The position numbers were made by a program, and so were the translations under genes. The notes below the pieces were generated by a model. It saw only the letters and a program-made list of their open reading frames with translations, had not been told where the DNA came from and did not search any database. From an uncultured delta proteobacterium (GTDB taxonomy: Bacteria > Desulfobacterota > Binatia > UBA9968): a DNA stretch of 64,000 nucleotides. The stretch lies in assembly GCA_963755715.1 (NCBI GenBank), contig CAVWLW010000051.1, positions 56,240-120,239 on the forward strand, written 5' to 3'. Position 1 is the stretch's first letter; each line of letters starts with the position of its first letter. Positions 21,461 to 30,960 of this stretch are shown in pieces.

Positions 21461-21868
21461 ATGCCACGAACCATAATCATGGCGGCCTCGCTTCCGGCCT
21501 CGCCGGATAAACTTTTCGATATGTATCTCGATCCGGCGGAGCATGCGGAGTTTACCGGGTTGCCTGTGACGATCGAGCCGCACGCGGGCGGTGTTTTTAG
21601 CGCATTTGATGGGATGCTTTCCGGCAAGATTCTCCACATCGAGCCGAAGACGCTCATCGTTCAAACTTGGCGGTCGGGAAACTGGCCGCTTACGGCGCAG
21701 GACTCAGTGCTGACGCTCTCGTTCTGGCCGGCGCAAGATGGGGCTCGGATCGAGCTTGTTCACGTCAACGTTCCCGAGGAGGATTTTGCGGGCGTCAGCC
21801 AGGGTTGGGAAAAGTATTATTGGACGCCATGGCACGATTATCTGATCGGCAAAACTCACGCCAGCTGA
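21461..21868 (+). CDS. SRPBCC/AHSA1 family protein
   Basis: IVQTWRSGNW, ELVHVNVP, GWEKYYWTPW. Confidence 0.88.
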   Translation: MPRTIIMAASLPASPDKLFDMYLDPAEHAEFTGLPVTIEPHAGGVFSAFDGMLSGKILHIEPKTLIVQTWRSGNWPLTAQDSVLTLSFWPAQDGARIELVHVNVPEEDFAGVSQGWEKYYWTPWHDYLIGKTHAS

Positions 21869-21968
21869 ATTTTATCGATCAATATCGTCTGCTAAATGAA
21901 AGACTCGCAGTTGATCGTCATTTGATCGAATCTCATGAGAAATTGCGCGAGTGGAAAGGCGACCTTAC

Positions 21969-22175
21969 GTGAGTAGCGAAGGATCGTTAATTTGGGGAGT
22001 AGTTTTTGGCGCGGTCGGTCTGGCGTATTTTGTTTTCGGAAAGAGGCAGCAGCGTTTCGTTCCTTTGTTCTGCGGCATTGGGTTGATGGCCTTTCCTTAT
22101 TTCGTATCGAATACAGTTCTGCTCGTTATCGTGGGTCTCGCGCTCTCGGTAATCCCATATTTTTTAAGGCTTTGA
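21969..22175 (+). CDS. Small membrane protein
   Basis: GTG start; FGAVGLAYFVFGKRQ...GLMAFPYFV. Confidence 0.75.
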   Translation: MSSEGSLIWGVVFGAVGLAYFVFGKRQQRFVPLFCGIGLMAFPYFVSNTVLLVIVGLALSVIPYFLRL

Positions 22176-22393
22176 GCCGCAATTGATGATCTGCCGGGCG
22201 AGTTTCGGCGACACCGCAGTTTCTTTGATTCAGAAATTCGCTTGCTCGCCGGTCCACTGGTTTCTCATGGGCGCGATAGCAGATCAGGTCTTCAGCGCCG
22301 ATTTCAGGTAAATAAACTGCCTTGCGGTGAATCGACGGTGGTCGTAAAATATTAGGCTGATTGGTAACTTAGAGGATAAAACCAGAGGCAGCT

Positions 22394-22996
22394 TTGAATA
22401 TTGTCTTTGACCTTGGTGGAGTTGTGGTGCGCTGGGAGCCGGAGATTCTTATTGCCGATGCGTTCGATGATCCCGAGGTCCGTCGAGTAGTCCATTCGGA
22501 GTTCGTGGGCCATCCCGATTGGCTCGAACTCGATCGTGGCACGCTCGCGCCCGCAGCTGCCGTTGCGCGAGCGTCCGAACGGACGGGGTTATCTCACTTT
22601 GAACTCAACCATTTTTTGCGACGAGTCCCTTCAGGGCTTACCCCGATCACGGATACGGTTGAATTGCTCTTTCGGCTGAAAGCCCAAGGCCATTCTCTTT
22701 ACTGTCTCTCGAACATGCATTTTGCCTCCATCGATTATCTCGAACGGGCCTATGACTTTTTTGACGTCTTCACCGGTAAAGTGATTTCGTGCCGGCTCAA
22801 TTTGTGTAAACCGGAGCCAAAGATTTACTCTCATCTGCTGGAAACGTACGGGCTCAACGCCGCGGACACGGTTTTTATCGACGACGTGGAGGTTAATTTA
22901 ACTACGGCGCAACAGATGGGCATTCAGACAATTCGGTTTGAAAACCCGGTCCAATGCACCAACGAACTCAGAGCGATGGGTTGTATCTCGGAGTAG
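22394..22996 (+). CDS. HAD family phosphatase (YihX-like)
   Basis: FDLGGV, LSN, KPEPKIY, FIDD. Confidence 0.9.
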   Translation: MNIVFDLGGVVVRWEPEILIADAFDDPEVRRVVHSEFVGHPDWLELDRGTLAPAAAVARASERTGLSHFELNHFLRRVPSGLTPITDTVELLFRLKAQGHSLYCLSNMHFASIDYLERAYDFFDVFTGKVISCRLNLCKPEPKIYSHLLETYGLNAADTVFIDDVEVNLTTAQQMGIQTIRFENPVQCTNELRAMGCISE

Positions 22997-23219
22997 TATG
23001 AGTCGGTGCCGACGAATTGCCTTATTTTAACAAAGATCGGAAAAGTCACGTGCTGTGGTGGAAAGATGTTAGAGTTCTCGGCCGATATCTGGCGATAAAG
23101 ACGACCGAGAAAAATTAAATTTGACAGCGTCCAGGCGCAGCGATTAGCCTACGCTCACGGCTTTAGCGCGCTGTCGCGCAACTCGGATAAATTAACATTA
23201 ACGCAGGGGAGACTTGGCC

Positions 23220-24200
23220 ATGCGCATCGACGTGCACGCTCATTTGTTTTCTAAGGCTTATATCGACGCGCTGCGACGCGTGTTCGGCAATGACAATTCG
23301 CCGGCGGGTCAGGATGCACAGCGTTTGATCAAGTGGATGAGCACGGATCCGCGCATGACGGATGTCGAAGGCCGTCTGCAAGAAATGGAGAAGTGGGGGA
23401 TCGAGATGCAGGTGCTCTCGGTCCCGTTTCATGGCGCGCTTGTGCAGGACAGAGCGGCGGCAGTCGAATTAACGCAGCTGGCCAACGAGATGATCGTGCA
23501 ACCCGCGCGCGATCATCCCGATCGCTTTCGCGTTCTGCTCACGTTGCCGCTGCAATTTCCAGAGTTGGCGGTTGAAACGCTCGACCGCTTCGCTCAAGAA
23601 CCGACGGTAGTCGGAGTGGCTCTCATGGGCACTGCCGGCGGGCGACCGCTCAACGATGCCGCGTTCATGCCCGTCTATGCCGAGCTTGAGCGCCGCGGGC
23701 TGCCGTTCTTACTTCATCCCATTTCGCCGCCGGGGCTCGACTGCATGTTAGAGCTAAATCTCGCCAACGTAGTGGGCTTCATGTTCGAAACGACGTTGGC
23801 TGCGACTCGACTCGTGCTTGCCGGGGTCTTCGAGCGGCACCCAAAGCTTCAAATGATCTTTCCGCATCTCGGGGGTTTGGCGCCCTATCTCATGGGACGA
23901 ATTCAGTGGGGCTACGAGCGGTTTCCGGCGTGCAACGAAAATCTAAGCGCGCCGCCGGAGGTTTATTTCAAGCGCTTTTACTACGACACGGTATGCCGCA
24001 ACGTTCCGGCGCTACGCATGGCGCTCTCGATGTTCGGCGTCGAGCACGTGCTGTTCGGCACCGACATTCCCTTCCGCGAGGACATCGATCTTCAACTGCA
24101 AGACCTGGAAGCGCTCAAGCTGAGCGACGCGGAGCGGCAAGCGATCGACTTCGGCAATGCGGCGCGGCTGCTTGGCATCGAGTTCAAATCGAGCAAGTAG
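23220..24200 (+). CDS. Amidohydrolase_2 family (ACMSD-like decarboxylase/hydratase)
   Basis: IDVHAH, LLHP, PHLGG, YYDT, LFGTDIPF. Confidence 0.9.
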   Translation: MRIDVHAHLFSKAYIDALRRVFGNDNSPAGQDAQRLIKWMSTDPRMTDVEGRLQEMEKWGIEMQVLSVPFHGALVQDRAAAVELTQLANEMIVQPARDHPDRFRVLLTLPLQFPELAVETLDRFAQEPTVVGVALMGTAGGRPLNDAAFMPVYAELERRGLPFLLHPISPPGLDCMLELNLANVVGFMFETTLAATRLVLAGVFERHPKLQMIFPHLGGLAPYLMGRIQWGYERFPACNENLSAPPEVYFKRFYYDTVCRNVPALRMALSMFGVEHVLFGTDIPFREDIDLQLQDLEALKLSDAERQAIDFGNAARLLGIEFKSSK

Positions 24201-24314
24201 ACTTTGGCGCACTGCGAATGAGCGCAGGAATCCGGCTGACTGCCGAAAATCTCCCACGGCCCTCGAAGATGTAACGACGCTGTGCCCGCCGATTAGCTTC
24301 GCCGCCTCCTTGTT

Positions 24315-25232
24315 TCACCCCGGCGTGAGGAATTCCAGGGCTGCTGCGTCGAGCGTCATATCGATTTCGGCGGACGAGAAAGGGGTCGGCGGACCGCTTT
24401 TCATCCGCAGGTCATCATCGATATGGACGGGGAAACAGTCGCACTCGATATGCAAGTGGCGGCCCTTGTGGACGGTCAATGCCGCACAATCGGATTTGCC
24501 TTCAAGTCGCTCGGACAGATATTCTTTGAGCTGGCTTCGTTGGTCGTTCGAGACCAATACCACGTCGAACAAGCCGTCGCCGGGGTCGGCACCGGGCGCG
24601 AGACAGAGATTTGGCCCGATGTAGCGAATATTCAGTGCTTCGAGCAACAGGTATTCGCCGGATAGGTCTCGATCATCGAGGGTCAGCTTCAACCGAATGC
24701 CGGGGTAGCCTTCCAGACGAATGTTCATGAACTCCAACACGGAGGTGATTTTTCTTCCCGTGACGTTGTGGTGCGCGATGTCGATGTTTTTTCTCGCGTC
24801 GAGCCGCGCCATGGTCTCGGTGAAAATTCCCAAACCCAGACCTTCGATGAAGTAAGTGGAACCCCACGGTCCGCTTGCCGCGCCGACGTCAAATTTCATT
24901 CGGCGCGCGCTGTTCCATCCCGCGATCAGTTGATCGAGCGGCCGGTCCGCCACGCCGAGCGCGTTCGCGACGTTATTCGCCGTGCCCATCGGCAAAACTG
25001 CGAGCGGAGTGTGTTTGCCGATCATGCGCTTGGCGACTTTCCCAACACTTCCGTCGCCGCCCGATATAGCGACAAGGTCCACAGGTTTGTCGAGCGCCTT
25101 TTCCCAGCCGATTTCCTTCGACGACTGACACTCGGCCGAATGGCCTGCGCCGCGGATCAATTTTAAAATCTCTTCATCGGTAGGTTGGTTGTCGCTGCCG
25201 GCGTCTGGATTGTAGATGAGCGTCACTCTCAT
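24315..25232 (-). CDS. Diacylglycerol kinase family lipid kinase
   Basis: YNPDAG, GGDGSV, LPMGTANNVA, ADPGDGLFDV. Confidence 0.9.
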   Translation of the reverse strand: MRVTLIYNPDAGSDNQPTDEEILKLIRGAGHSAECQSSKEIGWEKALDKPVDLVAISGGDGSVGKVAKRMIGKHTPLAVLPMGTANNVANALGVADRPLDQLIAGWNSARRMKFDVGAASGPWGSTYFIEGLGLGIFTETMARLDARKNIDIAHHNVTGRKITSVLEFMNIRLEGYPGIRLKLTLDDRDLSGEYLLLEALNIRYIGPNLCLAPGADPGDGLFDVVLVSNDQRSQLKEYLSERLEGKSDCAALTVHKGRHLHIECDCFPVHIDDDLRMKSGPPTPFSSAEIDMTLDAAALEFLTPG

Positions 25233-25320
25233 TTGTTTCACGGGGTAGACTGACCGATTAATTATGAAATACTGATTGTATGTTTCATCGCACGGCTTCA
25301 GTTGAGGAGGCGAAGTCCTA

Positions 25321-26055
25321 ATGCGCATTCTAATAGCCAATGACGACGGTATCTATAGCCCCGGAATTTTAGCACTCGCTGAAATGGCATCGAAATTTGG
25401 TGACGTGCGCATCGTTGCGCCCGACGTCGAGCAGTCTTCGGCGGGTCACGCGATTACAGGCTGGCGTCCACTGACCTACAAGCGGACGCCGATCAAAGAT
25501 TTTGAAGCGTACCGCGTCAATGGAACGCCCGCGGACTGCGTCGTGCTCGGCGTGCACAATTGGGAAAAAGTCGATGTGGTGCTTTCCGGTATCAACTTGG
25601 GTAGCAATTTAGGAAACTCCATTTGGCACTCGGGCACGGTAGCCGCGGCGAAGCAGGCGACGTTGTTGGAACTGCGCGGCATAGCTTTGAGCATGCCGGC
25701 GACTCAAGATGAGCCGAATTTCGATATGTTGAAGGCCTCGGTCGAGAAGGTCTTGGGAATATTGCTCAAAGATCCGGAACTCAAGTTGGTCAATGTCAAC
25801 TTCCCCGACGTGGAGCCGAGAGGGCTGCGCTGGACGCGCCAATCGGTGCGTCACTATGACGGCAAAGTAGTGCCCGGCGAAGACCCGATGGGCCGAAAAC
25901 ATTTCTGGTTCAGCGTCGTGCCGATCGAGGGAACCGAAGAAGGGACCGATCGTTGGGCGGTCGAGCAAGGGTATGTCTCGATGACACCGCTGCGTATCGA
26001 TCTGACCAGCGCGAGAGAGCTCGCCGCCGCTGCAACGCGCCATCCGCTCGAGTGA
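25321..26055 (+). CDS. surE: 5'/3'-nucleotidase SurE
   Basis: ILIANDDGIYSPG, GTPADCV, SGINLGSNLG, SGTVAAA. Confidence 0.95.
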   Translation: MRILIANDDGIYSPGILALAEMASKFGDVRIVAPDVEQSSAGHAITGWRPLTYKRTPIKDFEAYRVNGTPADCVVLGVHNWEKVDVVLSGINLGSNLGNSIWHSGTVAAAKQATLLELRGIALSMPATQDEPNFDMLKASVEKVLGILLKDPELKLVNVNFPDVEPRGLRWTRQSVRHYDGKVVPGEDPMGRKHFWFSVVPIEGTEEGTDRWAVEQGYVSMTPLRIDLTSARELAAAATRHPLE

Positions 26056-26193
26056 ATTCCCGCTGAAAGAACCCTCTCAAAGTTCGGTGATCACCGCTAT
26101 CAGCTATCCGGCGCACTATTGATGGTGTGCTCCGCGTTATTCGAGCTGAATCCTGCTTTTATTTTGGTAGCGTCTTTGCAGCGGCTACGAAGC

Positions 26194-26451
26194 GTGGACT
26201 ACGTTGATCTCATCCAATGGCCGGCCATGATCATAACCGCGGCCGCCGCATGGTTGGTGGGCTCGCAGAGGCGACCCAAACGTAGCCTCGGTTTCTGGCT
26301 TTTTCTACTAAGTAACCTGCTCTGGATTGTCTGGGGTTGGTACGCCCGCGCTTATGCCCTGATTATCTTGCAAGTTTGCCTGGCTGTGATCAATGTTCGC
26401 GGCGCGCAGAAAAACGATTCTGCCGTAGCCACAGACTCGCGCGCGGTGTAA
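26194..26451 (+). CDS. Small membrane protein
   Basis: QWPAM...AAWLVGS...GFWLFLLSNLLWIVWGW; three hydrophobic segments. Confidence 0.7.
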   Translation: MDYVDLIQWPAMIITAAAAWLVGSQRRPKRSLGFWLFLLSNLLWIVWGWYARAYALIILQVCLAVINVRGAQKNDSAVATDSRAV

Positions 26452-26636
26452 TTATTTTATTCCGCTCTCAACTTCTTTCCGACAGTAAGGGAACCGGGCT
26501 AACGGGTATGAATGCGAGCCTTTTGCGGTTCGATTCGAGTGTGTTGTCGGTATTTCCACTCCAGAGTTAACGGCAAATCCTGACGGATTCCGATTTGTGG
26601 TTGATGAAAATCGTTGAATCACAAAAGCTTATTTAC

Positions 26637-26651
26637 TGGCACATCAATTGC
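26637..26651 (+). promoter_or_regulatory. Sigma-54 (-24/-12) promoter of the CsbD-family gene
   Basis: TGGCAC-ATCAA-TTGC, an exact consensus match about 55 nt before the ATG. Confidence 0.75.
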
Positions 26652-26704
26652 GGAATTCATTTGCGACGGTCGACCTACTCAGTAGAATTAATTAGGAGGT
26701 TCAC

Positions 26705-26902
26705 ATGAATTGGGATCAGATCGCTGGACAATGGAAGCAGATTAAAGGCAAAGCGAAGATGAAATGGGGAAAGCTTACTGACGACGAAATCGATGTCGTC
26801 GAAGGCAAACGCGATCAGCTCGTCGGCAAAATCCAACAACGCTATGGAATCGACAAAGACAAGGCGGAAAAGGAAGTTGACGAGTGGACTAAAGAATTCT
26901 AA
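26705..26902 (+). CDS. csbD: CsbD/YjbJ family stress protein
   Basis: MNWDQIAGQWKQIKGKAKMKWGKLTDD; RBS AGGAGG. Confidence 0.93.
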   Translation: MNWDQIAGQWKQIKGKAKMKWGKLTDDEIDVVEGKRDQLVGKIQQRYGIDKDKAEKEVDEWTKEF

Positions 26903-26916
26903 CCGGCTGCTGAAAG

Positions 26917-26949
26917 CCGCTCCGTTTGCCTTGAAGGTGAACGGAGCGG
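26917..26949 (+). terminator. Stem-loop downstream of csbD
   Basis: CCGCTCCGTTTGCC-TTGAA-GGTGAACGGAGCGG; no U-tract. Confidence 0.55.
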
Positions 26950-27002
26950 TCCCACCCCCAACTGATTACAGCCGGCTGTTTTGATTTTCGGCTGAATGGG
27001 CC

Positions 27003-27653
27003 GTGAAAAAGGATCCCGTGGCGCCGACCTTAGCGAGTTCGTTGATCGTCGTAATTATTCTGACTACCCACTTGGGCGGCATTCCTTTTGTGTTCTCCTT
27101 GCGTCAAACACATGCAGAGGTTCAATCGTCCCAACAACCACCGCTCCTCTCGGCAGAACCAAACCGCCGCGTGATTGTTTTCGATAATGACACGTTAGAC
27201 AAAATGTTCGGCAAGTCACGGCGTAGTGCCGCAAACGAGACTGATCCAGGGAAAATTTCCGGTAAAAGCGACTTTCCTGCGGTGGGACCCAATCGTTCTT
27301 TATTATCCGCTATCGGTCGCGGCACGAGTTCCAAACGTGCGGCAGCCCTGCGTCTTGTCGAAAGCGGCAGGACTTTGATTCAAGCGGGCGAAAACCGAAG
27401 AGCGGTTGCCGTCCTCGAAAGAGCGCTCAGCCTGGAAGCCAGTCCGTTTGTTTATTTTTATCTTGCCCGCGCTCATTATTACCTGGCGGATTATCAGCGC
27501 GCGGCAGAGTTTGTTGAAATAGCCGAAGCGCTTTTTTACCAGCAACCCGATTGGAGTGAAGAGTTATTTAAGCTGAAAACCGTATTGTCTACATCGCGTG
27601 GCGGGCCGGAAATCAGGCCGAGACAAAATATCGGATGGGCGGAAGCCCGATAG
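27003..27653 (+). CDS. TPR-containing exported protein
   Basis: AVAVLERALSL...YFYLARAHY TPR-like helices. Confidence 0.7.
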   Translation: MKKDPVAPTLASSLIVVIILTTHLGGIPFVFSLRQTHAEVQSSQQPPLLSAEPNRRVIVFDNDTLDKMFGKSRRSAANETDPGKISGKSDFPAVGPNRSLLSAIGRGTSSKRAAALRLVESGRTLIQAGENRRAVAVLERALSLEASPFVYFYLARAHYYLADYQRAAEFVEIAEALFYQQPDWSEELFKLKTVLSTSRGGPEIRPRQNIGWAEAR

Positions 27654-27710
27654 CCGAAATCATCGATGATTTCGGCGTGTGTGCACGGTAGTAGAAGACC
27701 GACGGAAATA

Positions 27711-28016
27711 ATGGCGGCAAAACGAAAAAAACGAAAATCGGTTGTGCAAGGGCGGCGTTGGTCGCAACGGGTGACCGAGACCAGTGATGCGCTCGATCTG
27801 GACAAGGGCGTGTTCTCGTTAGGGAGTCCGCGCGCTATTGCGCGCTCGTTGAAACGTTCCGCCGAGCGCAGCCGGCGCCGCAAAAGTGGCTCGTTACGCT
27901 CAGCGATGTCAATGTTGACCTTTTACATCAATCGCGCCGGGCGCAAACTATCGAAAACTCGCCGCGCGCGGCTCGAATCCGCGAAGAAAGAACTGCGTTT
28001 GCTATATCGCAGATAA
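27711..28016 (+). CDS. DUF3175 family protein
   Basis: RWSQRVTETSDALDL, SAMSMLTFYINRAGRKL. Confidence 0.9.
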   Translation: MAAKRKKRKSVVQGRRWSQRVTETSDALDLDKGVFSLGSPRAIARSLKRSAERSRRRKSGSLRSAMSMLTFYINRAGRKLSKTRRARLESAKKELRLLYRR

Positions 28017-28146
28017 TCCCGCCGTCTGAAGATATTCTTTGCCACGAAGCTCAACTGAGTGGATCAGACGAGCCGGCTGAAGAATCTAGCCGCGAGACTC
28101 TTTAGCGGCCAATCGGTTTTCACCTTTGCGCTCCACAAACACCGTA

Positions 28147-28878
28147 TCACGATCTCATACCGGAAAAACTGTTCACGGTCGCGTGCAGGTTGCGCGCGAA
28201 GTCAGTGGCGCCCTGTGTGCTCATGCCGAACGCCACGCGAGCGTATTCTTTGAGCGCGAGCACGGCGGCGAGCGGCATTTTCTTGAGATGCTCCAGCAGC
28301 GTTGTAACGGCGCTGTCGAGATCGTTTGCGGCGACGACGTCGCTCGCCAGCCCAAATGTCAGCGCTTTGTGCGCGTCTATTTCCTGAGCCGAGTACATCA
28401 TGAAAGTTGCCGCCTTGCGCGGCACGCGGTCGACTAAAGCGGAAAATGCGATCGTCGGCATGATGCGATGCGCCGTTTCAGGAAACGAAAAACGGGCCTT
28501 GTCACTGGCGATGGTAATATCGCAGAGCGCCGCCAGCGCACAGCCGAGACCCACCGCGCGGCCCTGGACCACGCCGATGATCGGCGTTCGCGCATTGCGG
28601 AATGCACCGTAGAGATTGAAAATTGTTTCGCTGCGGTCGCGCACGGCGTAAGCTTCGAGTGGATTGGGCGGCTGCTGGCCCATCGCTTCACGGCCGAGGC
28701 AAAAATCATCGCCCGCCCCCTTGAATAGAATCACCCGCGACTGCTTCGATGCGGCGTCGAACATCTCGGTTACTTTGGCCCAAGTCGCGTCCGTCTGGCG
28801 GTTGCCGGATTCCGGCCGGTTTAACGTGATCGTTGTCACATCGGCTTCTTTTTCCATCAGCACCGGTTCTGCCATCAT
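28147..28878 (-). CDS. Enoyl-CoA hydratase/isomerase family protein
   Basis: TITLNRPE, FCLG, GRAVGLG, FSFPE. Confidence 0.9.
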   Translation of the reverse strand: MMAEPVLMEKEADVTTITLNRPESGNRQTDATWAKVTEMFDAASKQSRVILFKGAGDDFCLGREAMGQQPPNPLEAYAVRDRSETIFNLYGAFRNARTPIIGVVQGRAVGLGCALAALCDITIASDKARFSFPETAHRIMPTIAFSALVDRVPRKAATFMMYSAQEIDAHKALTFGLASDVVAANDLDSAVTTLLEHLKKMPLAAVLALKEYARVAFGMSTQGATDFARNLHATVNSFSGMRS

Positions 28879-29141
28879 AATCTCCTTTGCGTGAAATGTT
28901 CCCGACTGTAAAAGAGCCGCGCGCGCTTTGTCAACGAGGACCGCTTGCTGCCGGGCGCTTGCGCAGTTGAAATTCTTGGCGGATTCGAATCCGCGCGCTT
29001 TTTTCCTTAGCATCGTTTTAAAGCCGCCATCTCGCCGCGAGCTTGAACATTATTTGAGCAACGCCTGAATGCAAAACAAGCAGATCCGATTCTGACTCGC
29101 GAATAAATAACAGGATTTGCCTAAAACAACGCGGCCGGCAG

Positions 29142-29157
29142 CGGCATAACAATTGCT
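29142..29157 (+). promoter_or_regulatory. Sigma-54-like promoter
   Basis: CGGCAT-AACAA-TTGCT. Confidence 0.6.
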
Positions 29158-29204
29158 CTTTGTTCAGTGCAATAGCGGAGGCAACGCGGCCTTCGCGGAC
29201 GAGC

Positions 29205-29243
29205 AAGGGCGCTTGAATGTAAAGATTCGGCGCCTTTATTTTT
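29205..29243 (+). terminator. Intrinsic-terminator-like hairpin upstream of the 29267 gene
   Basis: AAGGGCGC-TTGAAT-GTAAAG-ATTC-GGCGCCTTT followed by ATTTTT. Confidence 0.55.
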
Positions 29244-29266
29244 GCCTGAATTAAGGAGATCAAAGA

Positions 29267-30103
29267 ATGACTGAGCTCGACTGGGAAAAAAATAAATCGT
29301 CTCATTCGGTCACGCTGCGCGGCCGCACCGCCCTGGCCATCATCGTAGGAGCCATTTGTCTTCTAGCCAACGCACCGAACAGCGCGGCCGTCGACGATGA
29401 CGATCGTTACAGCAGTTGGTTTTTTACATCCGAGGAAGTGGCGGCGGCATATCAGTATCAACAGAATTACGGAGAACGTTTACGCTTTCCCTTGAGGGCT
29501 GGTCCTTGCCTTTTTCGCGGCGGCGAATTTGCGACCTCCTACCGGCGCAATCCATTGGCGGTTTCATGCCGCTTTGTTTTAGAAGTTACGCGCCATATGA
29601 AAGAGATGCTCGATGCCGGAGCAGCCAAATTTCTTTTCCCTTTGGATGCCGACCACGCGCATCTGGGCGTGCCCATGGAGGTGTGGAACAACAAGTATAA
29701 GAATCTCCCGCTGGAACAAGTGTTTCCCGCGATTCTGCGCGAGCCGGGATTAGTCGCGTTGTACCATACGGCCGAACACTTGCGAGTCACTGACCGTAAA
29801 ACCGGCGCGGTCGACGCGGAAGCCAAAGCCTGGCAAGAGAAGCGCAACGTCTTGGGCTATTTCGACGGGCGCCCGATCAAGATTTTGCAGCCCGATCCCA
29901 AAGGTTCGGGCGTCGCCATGCCTGAAGACTACTATTCCTATGGCGGTTTTAGTTTTCTCGCCAGCCCGCGCGGCGAGCTTTATTTGGCTTCCGGATTGAA
30001 TATGATCACTTTCGATATCGCGTTCGACGCCAACGCATTCGACGACGCGGAAGAGCAGCATGCATTTTCCGCTGAGAACACATTGCTGCGCGCCGATAAG
30101 TGA
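29267..30103 (+). CDS. Hypothetical exported protein
   Basis: RBS AAGGAG; hydrophobic signal-like segment; His motifs DADHAH and YHTAEH; no family recognised. Confidence 0.7.
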   Translation: MTELDWEKNKSSHSVTLRGRTALAIIVGAICLLANAPNSAAVDDDDRYSSWFFTSEEVAAAYQYQQNYGERLRFPLRAGPCLFRGGEFATSYRRNPLAVSCRFVLEVTRHMKEMLDAGAAKFLFPLDADHAHLGVPMEVWNNKYKNLPLEQVFPAILREPGLVALYHTAEHLRVTDRKTGAVDAEAKAWQEKRNVLGYFDGRPIKILQPDPKGSGVAMPEDYYSYGGFSFLASPRGELYLASGLNMITFDIAFDANAFDDAEEQHAFSAENTLLRADK

Positions 30104-30129
30104 CAAGTCTGGCGGGTAGCTTTTAACGA

Positions 30130-30392
30130 AGGATTGTTTCTTAGCGAGCGGCGCTGTTCCTGCCCCTGGACTTGTCGCCGATCAGCGTTCCGCCGCCGGC
30201 GACCGCCGCGCCTGCCGCGGGACCCGCAACGCCACCAAATAATTCCGTCCCACACAACCGAAGGCGCACCAACCGCTCCACACCCAACGCGCTTTTATCC
30301 TTGCCAACCACATTAGCCGACAATAAAATGCCGGCTGATTGAACAAAGAACAATCCGGTCAGTTTAGTGAAATAAAAAGTCGCGCGGAACAC
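30130..30392 (-). pseudogene. Degraded glycine-zipper (lipo)protein
   Basis: GGVAGPAAGAAVAGGGTLIGD and QVQGQEQR in adjacent frames. Confidence 0.4.
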
Positions 30393-30431
30393 GAGTGCGC
30401 GCTTTCCATCGATTTATGAAGAGGAGGTTCT

Positions 30432-30836
30432 ATGGCTGAGCAAACCTTAAAAGGAAGTTGTCTGTGCCAATCGGTGCGCTACGAGGTGAGCACGCCGTTC
30501 ATGCGCTTTGGTCACTGTTATTGTTCGCGTTGCCGCAAAGCGACCGGCGGCGTGCGCTCGACCAACATCGCGGTGCCGATTGCCCAATTTCATTGGACGC
30601 AAGGCGAAAATTTGGTCAGGCGCTTCGATTTGCCGGAGGCGAAAAGCTTTGCGCGGCAGATCTGCGCTACGTGCAACTGTCCGATCCCCCATGCATCGCG
30701 CGACGGCACTCGCGTTATCGTTCCCGCCGGAACGCTCGACGATGTGCCGCCGGGAAAACCATCAGCACACGGCCACTGGAGCAGTCGGGTGAATTGGGTA
30801 GAGATCAATGAATCCGAGCTGCCGTGCACGGACTAG
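30432..30836 (+). CDS. GFA/CENP-V family Zn protein
   Basis: GSCLC, CYCSRCRK, CATC; RBS GAGGAGG. Confidence 0.92.
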   Translation: MAEQTLKGSCLCQSVRYEVSTPFMRFGHCYCSRCRKATGGVRSTNIAVPIAQFHWTQGENLVRRFDLPEAKSFARQICATCNCPIPHASRDGTRVIVPAGTLDDVPPGKPSAHGHWSSRVNWVEINESELPCTD

Positions 30837-30960
30837 CGAGCGGCCCACGTGTTTCGCTCTGCAGCAGGTGCCACGCTCGGCGGTTTTGCCGCGCAGGCGA
30901 AATTTTCTTCGGCGCTTGAATCGGTATGCAGCGACTAATTGAACGGTCTTTGTATTGGCA

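Noticed and set aside
28979-28994. TTCGAATCC as a tRNA T-loop
   Set aside because: It is the centre of a short palindrome (GCGGATTCGAATCCGC); no cloverleaf around it
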